DNA of 64,000 nucleotides from Phoronis australis (lineage: Eukaryota; Animalia; Phoronida). The position numbers were made by a program, and so were the translations under genes. The stretch's first letter is position 1, and each line of letters opens with the position of its first letter. The notes below the pieces were generated by a model that was given only the letters and a program-made list of their open reading frames with translations, searched no databases and was not told where the DNA came from. Location of the stretch: NCBI GenBank assembly GCA_002633005.1, contig NMRA01000391.1, positions 116,632-180,631 on the forward strand. Reading direction: 5' to 3'. Positions 34,063-63,575 of this stretch are shown here, piece by piece.

Positions 34063-37000
34063 ATGAAAATTTCGCAAGTTGTACTTTTATCTGCTGCAGG
34101 AGATGTTTTACTGGATAAAAAGTGTATCCTTTAGCTTAATATATTAGTTTATATGATAAAGAAGACGCGAGTCTATAATTTATATTAGAATTTTTGCATT
34201 ACTAACTCCGCAGTGTCGTACGTACTTACACAGAATTCTTTCAGGCCCGCGTCCACTACTAGTGCTGTCGAAGTCGAACAATGAACGTGAATTTTACCTA
34301 TTGCTATCATCGAATCTTCGTCACTGGGCAGTTTCCAGGGAGCACTCCTCTTTATAGCACTTTCGTCTCGACACATTGCACTTTTAAATGCATGAACTAT
34401 TGTTCTCTCAACTACTAGTACACCTGCACCCGGCTGCATACCCGGCAGCATACCCGGCAAGACCTTATCTGACGTATAAGACCTTATAAGCCGTATAACA
34501 AGTTTTATGCAACCGGGCCCAGATATTTTTCTCTGCCACTGCTTGAGCTTGGCAGCATATCATGAAATACATTTGGAATGAGCATGAAATGTAAAGAGAG
34601 ATAGGTACAATAGGACTCTGACGGTATTGTATTGATGTGAAATTTCGTAGTTCTCAAATGCCTCCGATCAATTTGACACCATGTAGAAATGAAGATCATA
34701 TATAACTTTGATGTCAACTTGATTAAGTTATCGAGTCAAGTATGAATTAATTTTTTAAACCAACGGTGAATAACTGGACTTTCTATGTTAATCAAAATAG
34801 TGTGTCTAGTACTGTAATCAGTTAAGTTCAATGACCATGGTCTGAGGGGTTTTCAGTTGTGTCATGATTATTGATCAAACACCAGCTAAGAGGTGCAGAA
34901 ATACTGTGGGAGGAGGGGGGTGGTAGATTTTGTCCTATATTGTTGGTGCTAGTGTACCAGGGGTAACCACTGGTCCGTAGTATTAAAGTGAGATTGCACA
35001 CTCCACTTGGCCTAGCTGTCCTCAATACTAATCTGACTGTTAATTATTAGTATTTTGTTTCAGTGCTAATCTCTCAGTCTATTAATTTTGTATTGTTTGT
35101 CAGTAGGACACACTATCACATTAATAATGTGTCCTAGGTCAACTGAAGAAAATAAATTTGAATTCTCAGTGAAATAACTTGAGAACATTTTTAATTTACT
35201 ATGTACTGGTAGCACTATATGTATACATATACATATACATATATATATAATTATGCACAATCTCAGTTTAATGCTCGAAGAAAACTTCGCAGTGTTCTGA
35301 TGCAAACAAAATTTCAGAAAGTATGATAAATTTCACCAATGTGGCCAAAAAGTAATTTTGGAATTGCCTCATTTAATTTTTAGATGCTCACAACATTGAT
35401 TGCGAATGTCCGAAATTGCTGTTGGTAGCTACGGCACAGAACTTAGAAGTGGTAATCATTACTTTGTCTTTTGTGAGCTACTATGGTTTATGAAAAAATG
35501 AGAAAAGAAAATATCACTTGTCTACCATGTGTCCCAAATTGGTGAAATTTTACCGTGCATCTGCTGTACTCGTTGTAATGCTGCATGCCAGCAGAGTTAC
35601 TTCCAGTTTATCACGTCCTTAAATTTCTTAAGTCAGATATGATATAGCTTGTGATGCTCCCGACCTTTTCTTTGCAAGAGTTCAGTCTAACAGTGACAAC
35701 TTGTTGCCATACTGGGTAAATCAAATGTTTTTAATTGTTTAGAGTGAGAAATTTTGTTTTAGATTTATATCTGTATTTAAATCACCTGCATGTTGTGACA
35801 GGTTAACATAATAATATAGTCCTGTTAATGAATGACATATTTAGGCAGGTCTCTTGTCAAGTTTTTTGGTATACATGCGACTGAACAGGTGTTATTTTGT
35901 TGTGATTTCTGGTTTGTGGAAGCTCGATTAAATAAAGATTACTTAAATGATTGGTGAATAAAATTGTTTTTCTGATGAATACACGCTCTTCTTTTCAGAA
36001 TGAAAAGGGTGTTTGGTTTTACCATATCAAAAGAAACAATATTTTTTTCATTGCTACAAGTACCAGTGATGAGTTGCCTATCCTCATCATAGAAGTACTG
36101 ACAAAGTAAGCAAAGCACATTACTTTTGTTTACCTTGCTATGATTCAGCACCTTGTTCATTGTGGTCATTTTTCTGTACAACAGTTCATCAAGATAAAGT
36201 TTGTTTCAAGTCTCAGTTTGTGTTGGATCATGTTACATAATCAAATGTCTGTCAATCAAAGTAAACAACTTGGTATTCTCCATTGTATGTCTTTCAGGTT
36301 GTTTCATATTTTTAAAGACTTCTGTGGAGTGATATCCGAAGATTCAATCAGGGAAAATTTGGTGCTTTTACATGAACTGCTTGATGAAATCCTAGTAAGT
36401 TTTGGCAGCTAATTAGTGGGTAATGGAAACTGTGGAATCTTTGTAAGGAAGTGTTACTTTGTCTTTGAACTCTGAGCAACTAAAGTAATCACCAGCAAAT
36501 GGTAACATCCAATAAACATTTTGTTTGACAATATAGATGACTGGTGATGTGGTGATATTTTACTATATGCCCAGCTTAAGGCATTTTTGTCTTGAGCTGT
36601 CAGGGTATGACAGCAAGATAGGTTTCAGTGACAACTGGGTTAATTACTCTCTGGTCTCTACAGTGGGCCAGTTAAAGGGTGCCCAGTGACCTACTAGTAA
36701 GCTATGAGACCTATGGAAGCTTTGATAATTGGTAGTTTGCCCTCACAGGCTTTCTCTCATAATTTATCTCACCAGGTGTGGCTACTTGAGACAGGCGTGT
36801 GATTTGTACGGGTTCTAAGCTGTAGCTTACTGAACTTGATGGTTAATCCTGCACAGATCCTCTGGCTATCTCACAATACATTGCACATATATACTAATGA
36901 CTACTTAATTGATGAATCTGCTTTTGTTTGCTACTTAATGACTATCTTCAGTCTTAAGGCTATGTCGGATCCTGTTGACGAATCTGTATACTTAGCCAAA

Positions 37001-40000
37001 TATAAACAAATATTGTAGATTTTATTTCAGTAGAAGTATGTATTTTCGGGATTCTGAAGTAGAAAGCCTTTAAGATTTGATTTTTTACTTTATACCAATC
37101 TGTCACATAGCCATATGTTTTAAGTAAAATTTAGCAAAAAGAAACTTTTAAGGTACATTCATAGCAAAGCAATGGTATTAATAACACAGCCAAATTTTTA
37201 ACATAAATGTCCATGATGAAATCTCAAATACGCTGTACATTTTTTAAGTATCATTTCCTTTTCGTTTTATGCATCTTTTTATTTTTTCTTCTAAAGCATA
37301 AAGTCCTATTTTTTGTTAGCCACTCATGCAAAAGTGGAACGTTTTTAAAAAAAATTCCTAACAGCATTTTGGAGAACAGTGCACAAAGCATGGCTTTTGA
37401 AAGTTTCCTATGAGTCCGATCAGCCATTTCTAAAATATGATGTTCCAAATTGATAGGCAAATTTGGGTGTTTTCTAGGGTCCTACTTAACCTTAATAGAA
37501 TACACAAAATATCAATCATGAATTAGCCAAAGTGACAAATGTCATATTTACTTTCAGGACTTTGGTCAAATTCAGATTGCCAGCACAAGCAAGTTGAAAC
37601 TTTATGTTCAAAGTGACCCTGTGCTTGTAAAGTCTGATGCCTCCCCTGAGACTCTATCACCAGGTCTGGTGAGTATTATACATATTTACACTACTTATGT
37701 ATCATCAAATTAATTTGTGCTTTCTCTCTCCATTTGCTTTTAACTGCATATTACACACGCTGGCTAAATCCTAACCTTTATTATGTAGCCTATTTACATA
37801 GCTCTTCCTTTGGGCGAAGGGTTATTTAATGATTATCCAGTTCAATTTGTGTACAAACAATGTAAACCTATCGTGTGGCACCAGTTAAGAGGGGTGGCTA
37901 TCCATTGCAGTCATCTTGGTTCCCGAGTTCCCTAACGCAAGGAGTTGATCATACAGGGAGAGTCAACTGTGGTTTTAGCTGCTCTGATTCAATCTGTTGC
38001 GATTCATTCAAAGTTATTAGTTAGGAAAGGGACTATAAGAACAGCTTCTTAAGCTAATATTGAATGTGGTCTGTGACCTATGGTCTGTGACCTATAACTT
38101 TTGGCAATGTTGATACTGGTTACTAAATGCAATGCTCAAGAAAATGAGTGTTCACTAGGAAAATTAGCTGAAAAAAATATGGTTTTTACATTTGAGTCTT
38201 ACTCGTTACAGTTCGGAGTGGAACACAGGGTAGCACCAAATTACGCTGCTGATCAACCTGTGGTACAGTCCAGGTATTCCCAGGTAGGCTCATTTGTTAT
38301 TACTGAGTACCAAATATAGTCAGTGCCAAGTTAATATTATGGTTCTTTGATTTAAGAATCATCCAGACCCAGGATTTAAGATAAGGGTGTTGAAAGCATG
38401 TCCATCCTTTGTGACACAGCTGATGGACCTTTCCTTATTGACTGCAATGAAAATCAACATCTTTAGTGGTTACAGCTGTGTGATTCTTTAAGTGTTTTGA
38501 TTCAGTTTTGTATCTGAAGAAAAATAATTGATTTGACATATATTTTAATGCACCTTAGTTTACTACTGACCAATTTGTGTGAGGAATAGAAATACGTACT
38601 GTCACATTCGACATTGTTCTTATCAATTATTATTTTATTACAGGAAAGAAGGAGAAACGAAATCTTTGTTGACATTATTGAGCACCTTAATGTCCTGATC
38701 AATTCTGATGTAAGATAACTTTAATCATTAGTTTTTATTAAAAGTTTAATATAGCCACACATTTTGTGCAATATATGAAACATGAATTTATGTTTCCTCA
38801 ACATAGATTATGTGAAGCATGGTTGAGAAATTTATCTAACTTGAAAGGAAAAGTTAACAATGTCTCTGAAATGTAAAGATTTTTTTTAAATGACATTTTT
38901 GCCAACACCATCATTACATTACCTGTTAAATATCCATTAATGATGTTGTCATCAGTGAATGTGCGGTCTGCAAATTTAAAGCTTTTGCAATGAAAACTGT
39001 TACAAATTTAAGTTTAATGGCATAATTTTGTAAAATACTACATACAACAAAAATGCTTAATTTACAACATTGCCATGGCACTTGAGTCAAATTTTAGTAC
39101 CTTCTTTTGTCATGGAAGTAGGTTTTTTGTATACCTCTGGTTGTTAACTGTATTTTCAATAGTTATGTTTTTCCTACATAATTTAGTTCTATTTTGTCAA
39201 CTGTCTCCTCAATTAATGATTTCCAGGGAACCATAGCAAGGTGTGAGATTAATGGTAAAGTCAACATGAAAAGTATCCTTGTTGGAAATCCACTCATCAA
39301 GCTTGGATTAAATCCAGATTTAGATGTTGGAAAAGAAGAAAGTGAAAAGAGTATGTTGTTATATAATACTTTACATAATGCCTTCCCACTGGAGGAGGCT
39401 AATGTGGTCTTGTGAGATAAGTCTTAGCTTCAATCTTACTGAAGGTCGTGGGCTTGAGTCAAACTGGGTTGGCCCTTAAAACAGGTGTTCAGCTCTTCAC
39501 CTAGGTTTCAACTCGTATATTAATAAAGCATAAAAATGTTTCCAGGTGATCAGTGCATTGGGTCCACCTGAGAAGCTTACAACTGTACCAGACATCCTGC
39601 AATTGTTTTTATATTGCAGACTGGATGATGAATTATTTAATTTAAAGCTTGAAACCGGCAGAGCTAAAATGTCTGTCTCAGTTCCTTGCTGGTCATGTTG
39701 AAGTTATCAACTGGGCTTCAGAATAGACTTGCATTTGCTGACAGTGCCATTACGTTGCTGGTTTTTAATGACGACGTTGTTTCATATGTTTGTATGGCAA
39801 CTGATGGAAAGACGGTCTCCTCGTGTATCGATCACAAAGTTGCTAGAGTCATGAGGTCTTTTGAAAGTGCCATCTTATATTAATTTCTGAGATCATTTTC
39901 AGTAGTTTGGGGTAGACCTTGTGCATGCAAGGGTGCTTTGTGTGGTTTAGGTAGGCCAGGTTGCTGCTGAAACACACTCCATTGTTCGTTCAAACAGTGT

Positions 40001-43000
40001 AGAAGTTACTCTGATTGTTGCTGGATGTTTGACGAAATTACAACTGCTTTTATAACACGTAATGTAATTGATTGCCAGGATATGGCCACCAGGCGCACAT
40101 TGATGAGGTGACCTTTCACCCCAGCATTGACCGGAGCGAGTTTGACACAAGTAGATTGCTAAAGCTATTCCCCACAGATGGAGAGGTGAGTAATGTTTAC
40201 TATCTCACTCTGTGCATGACTCACTACAATGTGTGTTAACGTGTGCTGCAAAATGCTTTCCCAAAAGAGTTTGAGAAGGTAAATCTCAGCCTTTCTATGG
40301 ATTTCTTAACAGGTAGTCATGTGTAACCAATTGCTTGTTTATTTACGAGGTAAAGCTGATGAATTTAAAATCAGTAATCATTCTTATAGTTACTGTGTGA
40401 CTGTGTTTCAACTGTAAATGTTAATCGTATTTGAATCTTCAGGGTTTATCTGCGTTATTAACACTGATTCTCATAAACAAGGTATAATATGGTAATTCTC
40501 CACGTATTTGCACAAATTTAAAGTAACTGCCAAAATTGTCATTTCTCAAAAACTGATTCACTTGCTGCAAATAATACGAGCTTCACCAAATATTGTTTTG
40601 TGACATCAAACACAGTACAACCCATCCTAATAATAGGCTGAAATATAATTGTTTTAGGGGAAATTTTTTTGCAGAAGAAAATTCACTTGTCTGCCACATT
40701 GTGTGCTAAATATGTGAAAAATTACCATATAAGCACACAAATTTACGACAAAATTGACTAACAGTTGAAAGAAACCCAATCATACCTGTCATTTATTCAT
40801 TAATGCAGTTTCTGGGAGTTCATCATTTTTTGCACCGAATCTGCAGTTGGAAGGCTGATTCTGTGACTGAACACCAGTTGGAGCAGCTGGTTGGTATATT
40901 GACTACTTCTATATCGATTAAATATTTGTGTGTTTCAGTTTTCACTGATGACATATAAATTAAGTGGGAACACCCCGAAAAGTATCCCATTTAGAATAAC
41001 CTTTGCAGTTGATGACTCGCAAAAAGATCTACAGCTCAGCCTCAAGCTACACTGTAATATTCCAAGTGGTTCACAAGCCTTGAATATCTCTGTAAAGATA
41101 CCTGTTCCTTCAAATGCTCAAAGGTAAGTTCAATGGCAACCTATTCAGAATGGATAGTTCACACATGTCACTCAAGCTAGTTATGCCAGCTAATCAGAGT
41201 GTGGAAGCATGTAAACAACTATAGTCTGCTACGATGCCAGTGGGCAGTCTTTGACAAAACATTGGTTGCAAACGGAAGCATAAACAAGGTTTCCCGATGT
41301 GCGTGGGGCACTTGCAGTATAGATCAATGATATATGGAGAACAAAGAAAGAAAAGTGCTTGTCACTTACAAAACACATAGCATACTTCACAGTCAGTTCA
41401 ATATTTGTCTGGGTAAACAAGCATTAAGTGAAAGAAATTAACTTTTCATACTATTTCACAAATATTTTCATTTCCTTTAATGGTATCTAATGTGAATCAA
41501 CAATTAAGTGTATGGAAGATAATGTCTGACACTACATGTGACTTACAGAAACATGGCCTCGTCGACAACCCATGATTCTTCGGTCATGCTAACTTAAGAC
41601 TACATGTAGACACTACAGTACATTCAGAGCTCGACAGGAGCGAGTACATGCTTGTAAATATGAGTAGAAAAGTAAAATCTGAGTAGGAAATTTACGTCAG
41701 TCGTATTATTCGAACATGCACAGAGCGGATGTTCAGCATTTCTTTTTTGACCATCACTTTTTACAAGTATGACAAATATGGAAATACGAGTGCAGAATAT
41801 GCCATCAGTTGTATTTTCAAGTGGGCATTTTGCCTGTGTCGAGTGCTGCAAATGCAATCAAATTCTTTGGAGGTAGTTTTCCTAACATCATTTGTGCAAT
41901 GAAATAGCTCACGGGATCGGATCACCTACAAGGTACTAAACTACACGGTTAATGGACTCATAAACACGGTCACGGACACATGAACACGACTCGCATACCT
42001 GCAAACACTGTCCACTGACTCACAAACACGGGAACAGATTCACAAAACATGATCCATTCACCCAAATGCATGGGACACGGATTCACATTCACGAAGAAAC
42101 ACGGTTAACGGACCTCCAAACACGGGTCACGGACTCATCGGCTTCCTGGGTCAGTTGACATCTACATTTTGTCCGTAAACCATGTTTGGCAGTCCGTTAA
42201 CCATCTTTCTTTGTGAATGTTAGTCTGTGTCCCGTGTATTTGGGTGAATGGATCATGTTTTGTGAGTCCGTTCCCGTGTTTGTGAGTCTGTGAACGGTGT
42301 TAGCAGGTACGTGAATTGTGTTCATGCGTCTGTGACCATGTTTATGAGTCCGTTAACCGTGTAGCTTAGGTACCTTGACCTAGTCTTGTCACTGCTCATA
42401 AGAGTAGAATCCAAAGCATTTACAGTTGCTGTCCATTAACTAAGCATGGATTGACTGCATTTGTTGGAACTATCTGTAATATGTGATTGTGGACAATGTA
42501 AGCTATGATAGTCTGTTTGAGCCCAAAATACTTGCTGTAAATGCAACATTTTATACTGTCAGAGTCCAAGACATCTTACCTAAATGCGAAGAACATATTT
42601 CTGTTTCTCTTTTTTGTTATTTATTTTTTATTAGTTAGGGATTTTGACATGTTCATTATGGTGTATTATATTTGACCGTGATTTTTGATGTGATATTATA
42701 AAAATAAAACTTCATATTTACTACTGTGCATTTTAAATGTTGCCACTTGTGTTAGATCCGTTGCTGTATTTGAACAATACTCTGTAAAATAGTAATAAAC
42801 TCACCTGCCATCACACAAAACTGTACAACTTTATATTTAAACCACTTAATGTTATGAAATAGGTCTCAAAGTGTTCTTTAGTCAAGTTGTAAGTGATTTA
42901 TGTGCGGAGGATGGTCTCAAGAAATATAGAACTCTCTGTCCTGTGTAAACCCTGAAATCATTTCTTATATGAGTGCAGATGAACAAGATGAGGCAAATTT

Positions 43001-44012
43001 TATAACAATCAAAAGTTGCTCGTGAATACTATCTGTTTAATTTATAGCATAACCCAGCAGCTGAGTGGGCCTGGGCAGACAGCCTCACTAGAAGTCAAAG
43101 ACAAACTGATAGTGTGGAGAGTAAAGAATCTGCCAGGGGGAACAACTGTCAGTGCCAGGTTTAAGGTATTCCCTTGCAAGCAGAGCAGGCCAAGCTACCT
43201 TTTGTTCCAATAAAACTATTGTAATGAGTCATTATCAGAAGGCAACACTGTGGCTTGCATTGTGGCACACCTCTTGTGCTGAGTGGTAGCATACCTCAAG
43301 TCATCTGCGTGAAGATAAAATAATCCCTTGTGAAGCTAGAGGGCAATGAGGGTTTTACTGAGTCACATGAGACAACTTACTACTTTTTGCCAGGATCTCA
43401 TCACTTTTGCAAAAATCTTGAATTATGAGTCTTCGACATGTTATTTATTGTGTTTATGGTGCATTTATAACAAATCTGGAGTGTAATTTTAGTTACATTT
43501 TTTGCACATTTCACGTGATGAAACCAGAAATCCACTTTAAAACATTAGTGCTCCGATTCTAAACGCATATAAATTGACTGTTAAAATGTCAGTGGCAGAT
43601 GTTGGAGTTGCTAGTGCCCACAATCATGTTTTGCCCTGTTAAATCTTATTTCTACCTGCTAAGTGATACGAAGTGCCAGAGATAGGTGCATCGTTAGAAT
43701 CTCCAAGATATGTAATACACGTGCTCTAGTGCCAACTTGCACATTCAAACAAGTGATTCACCAAGCAAGCCGTCGTTTTGACTGTTCGTTAACCAAAACT
43801 ATGTTTCACGTTTTCAGGTCATTTCGTCCGACTCCAGTCGTCCAAATAAGCTGCAAGTGGGCCCAGTTGCCATGGTGTTTGAAGTGTCCTCTTTTGTGTG
43901 TTCAAACCTCAAAGTTCAGTTTCTGCGTGTTTTTGATAAGGATCACTCATATGTGCCATACAAATGGATAAGATATATCACGCACAGTGATTCCTATGTC
44001 ATTAAATTATGA
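34063..44012 (+). CDS. AP4M1: AP-4 adaptor complex mu subunit, ~441 aa, 12 exons
   Basis: Exons 34063-34123 (MKISQVVLLSAAGDVLLDKK), 35633-35715, 35999-36105, 36298-36394 (IFKDFCGVISEDSIRENLVLLHELLDEIL), 37558-37668 (DFG), 38212-38283, 38644-38709 (RNEIFVDIIE), 39227-39350, 40079-40185 (IDEVTFH..PTDGE), 40939-41123, 43048-43165, 43818-44012 (KWIRYITHSDSYVIKL*). Sum 1326 nt, phases consistent; termini resemble mu4 rather than mu1-3. Confidence 0.9.
34124..35632 (+). other. U12-type (minor spliceosome) GT-AG intron
   Basis: Donor GTATCCTTT; branch-site-like TCCTTAAA at 35616-35623 just upstream of an AAG acceptor with no polypyrimidine tract; only this acceptor keeps the frame open. Confidence 0.85.
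36958..37491. mobile_element. TTAA-flanked MITE (Kolobok-like)
   Basis: TTAA|GGCTATGTCGGATCCT ... AGGGTCCTACTTAACC|TTAA; subterminal CAGCCATTTCT.A.ATATGATGTTC block recurs at ~47337-47365 and inverted at ~52165-52195. Confidence 0.7.
41929..42377. mobile_element. 449-bp foldback MITE with 5-bp TSD
   Basis: CAAGGTAC...GTACCTTG termini, ~200-bp imperfect inverted arms built of CACGG/AAACAC motifs, ACCTA on both sides. Confidence 0.85.
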
Positions 44013-44085
44013 TGTCAAAAAATAAGTTTTCAATTCGTTTTAGTGCTGTTACTTTGTATTTCCACTTGGAAATTACATAAACCAA

Positions 44086-44146
44086 CATTTTGAGAACCAG
44101 TTTCATGATGCTAGTTATTCAGTGGTGAAAACTGGTTCTCAAAATG
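44086..44146 (+). other. 61-nt stem-loop in AP4M1 3'UTR
   Basis: CATTTTGAGAACCAGTTT pairs perfectly (18 bp) with AAACTGGTTCTCAAAATG. Confidence 0.7.
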
Positions 44147-45479
44147 CCGGACCCTTGTGACTATTACTGTATGTAATGTCTTTGTTCATTGTCAGCGGCA
44201 AGTCCAACCCTGTCTCTCATTGATTCACTGATTGGTTTATTTCGTGGAAACTGAAAACTTCAAACTTACTTGTTTTTGTCCGTGAAATGCTATGAAAGGA
44301 AGCTTGACAGTGAATGACAAATTGGTGAAGTTTGTATTGTATCCTGTAACTTATTTAATGCCTGTATGATGGCATGTGTTGAAGATGGTCACGAATTTTG
44401 CCGGTGGTTTCCACGCCACAGGCTATGGAAAACTGACTTTTGAACATAAAGCAATGTATGTACGTCTGCTGAAGTCCACTTGGAACCAATATTGTGTACT
44501 ATATAAGTCTACGAAACACTGGAATGGTGCAGCAGAGGATGCCGTTTGGCAGGGGTGCCTTTCATTTGTCCTCTTTGATGGATGATCATTTACTTTGGGC
44601 ATCCACACCATTTCTTGGTGTCATGGCATCGACAGTGCACCTTTGGTCACGAGGGCTCTTTGAAGGAATGTACCTGACAAATTATCTCGTTCCTTTCCAA
44701 ATTATAGGTCGGCTGTATTGGCCACATAGTTGGTCAGTATAAGAGCAATTATTGAACTTCATGTTTCTACGTACAATTATCTTATCATCATCTATTAAAA
44801 TTACATTCAAATTTCATTTTGTAATTACAAAAGAAAACTTGCTGTCTTATTAGTATTCTGTTGTTATTTTTTTTAAGGTGACCTGTAAGCTCATACCCGA
44901 CTGGAGGTACAAGTTGTCATTAAATGTGTTTGATTTATTCAGCGTTTCCCATGTCAGTACACCTATGTGACAGTAATAAATACACACTGCTACACCAGTA
45001 ACTTCACGACTCTTATATTTTGCTTATCTGATTTAGTAACTGAAAAATTCCAAGTCCTCAATAATATAACTGCAGGCTTGTTGACCACAAAGCCTTTTGG
45101 CAGATTAATTATTAAAGCATGAACCCATTGGAAATAAGTTTATTGCATAAAATACAGTAAACTTGCAGAGATAACAAATTAAGTTACATTAACAATGATT
45201 TACATCTTGTACTATAACATTAAAGATACATTTAGTGCTGTAATATGACTGTTACTTTGGGACATCCCGTTTCACACAAGGACGAATGTTGAATGTCTTA
45301 ATTCTACAGTCACAAAGAATTGAGTTGTGAAATAAGACAAGTGAAAAGTGTGGTCCACATAGAGCTCATAGGCATTACTTTTGGCTTAATAAACCACTTC
45401 GTTCTTATTTTATCTTACTTCGAAGTTGGCCGTTTTGACCAGCCGAAATAGCACTTGATATATCACATCAGCCTCATGC

Positions 45480-45649
45480 CAATTGACCTATCGCAAGCTC
45501 CGCCCCTCAACACACAAACAATAAGTTTTACCCGACACCATGTTGTTTGTCGGGTAAAATGGTGGCTTGGAAACAAAGGTGTGTCAAGAATGCTGTGTTG
45601 TGATAGGTCAGTTAAGTCGTCACTCACAGTCCTGACGATAGGTCAATTG
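45480..45649. mobile_element. Small TIR element in the SEL1L 3'UTR region
   Basis: CAATTGACCTATCG ... CGATAGGTCAATTG (14/14), internal TTTTACCCGACA/TGTCGGGTAAAA hairpin. Confidence 0.6.
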
Positions 45650-45831
45650 TTTAGCTTCACACTAATCTTGTACAACAACAAGGAGTATGCAAGATGACAA
45701 TGACAATTTTGAGGAAATGGGCTGCAGGTCTATTAAGAAGTTAACAGCTGGGTGAAAAGTAAAGTGCAATATTGTAGCAGACCAAGTAAATGGTAAGTTG
45801 TATGGAAATGTAGCAACTGCTTAATGATGGA

Positions 45832-62659
<16,828 letters not shown>

Positions 62660-62790
62660 TTTGACCTATAATGCAATAAAATACAGAGGTACACAAAACT
62701 GATCTTCAAGTAGGCCTTCATCAAGCAAAACACCTAGAGTCAAATTAAGATATGGTATACTAGCAACAAGCTCATTGGCCGGTCCAGAAT

Positions 62791-63110
62791 CTAGATTCTC
62801 GCTAGCCACTCAACAGCTGGCCATTGGCGAATTCTGAGCGGCAGTGACGATGGCAGAGCTAAGTCCTTCGCCAACTTGGTGAATGCTTTCGCAACTTGAC
62901 AAAAAAATATTTCAGGAAATCTACTCGTGCCGAAAATGACATTCTGACTTCTATTCCGAGTCCGAAAAATAGCAAGCAAATGTTCCATTTTATGTTCGTC
63001 ACTCCCCCCTGAAATCACTCTTTTGCCGCTACAAATTGTTCAACTGTGTAGAAGAGTCAGCACTCTTGCTAATGGCGACTTTTCGCATCATGGAGAGATC
63101 TCGTGTAGGT
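62791..63110 (-). mobile_element. Diverged partial copy of the 3242-3998 element, inverted
   Basis: GCCATTGGCGAATTCTGA, TCGCCAACTTGG.GAATGCTTT and CAGCACTCTTGCTAATGGC match the reverse complement of 3700-3998. Confidence 0.75.
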
Positions 63111-63434
63111 GCTGATGCTTGTCATCTACGATGTCAAAACGACGAATGGGAGACTTGACGTGAGCCGGTCTGACGGTATTAAATTAGCTGGGGGATAAAA
63201 CTGAACTGAGCTGAGCTGTCTCAAACAAGCAATTTGAACTCAAGCAGGGCAAATAAATTCATTATTTTTAAATTACATGAATCTTTCTTAATTCATTACT
63301 ATAAAACTTAAAAACGTAGAAAATATATATCTGAAACTAAATAAGGCGATCCAGATCCTCCCAAGGATACTATTGTTTCAAGAAATGAAGAATATAAATC
63401 GGTAAATAAAACAACAAGAATGGATCAACTGAAA

Positions 63435-63474
63435 TTTGAAATTTTCGGATGTAACAACTTCCTTTATCAACAAA
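63435..63474 (-). ncRNA. Candidate minimal hammerhead ribozyme, U3-A8 core variant, in the Penelope 3' region
   Basis: Minus strand: UUUG-UUGAUAA-A-GGAAGU-UGUU-ACAUCC-GAAA-AUUU-CAAA, ~100 nt downstream of the GIY-YIG stop codon. Confidence 0.5.
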
Positions 63475-63575
63475 AACAGAAATAAAGTAAAATCAAACAC
63501 AAAATGACAATTGACATATAAGATATGGTGTAATGAAAATGATACATTTTTGCGTAAAAAATTCAATGACATATT

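Noticed and set aside
44086-44146. SECIS element
   Set aside because: No in-frame UGA in AP4M1 and no AUGA/GA quartet with apical AA geometry.
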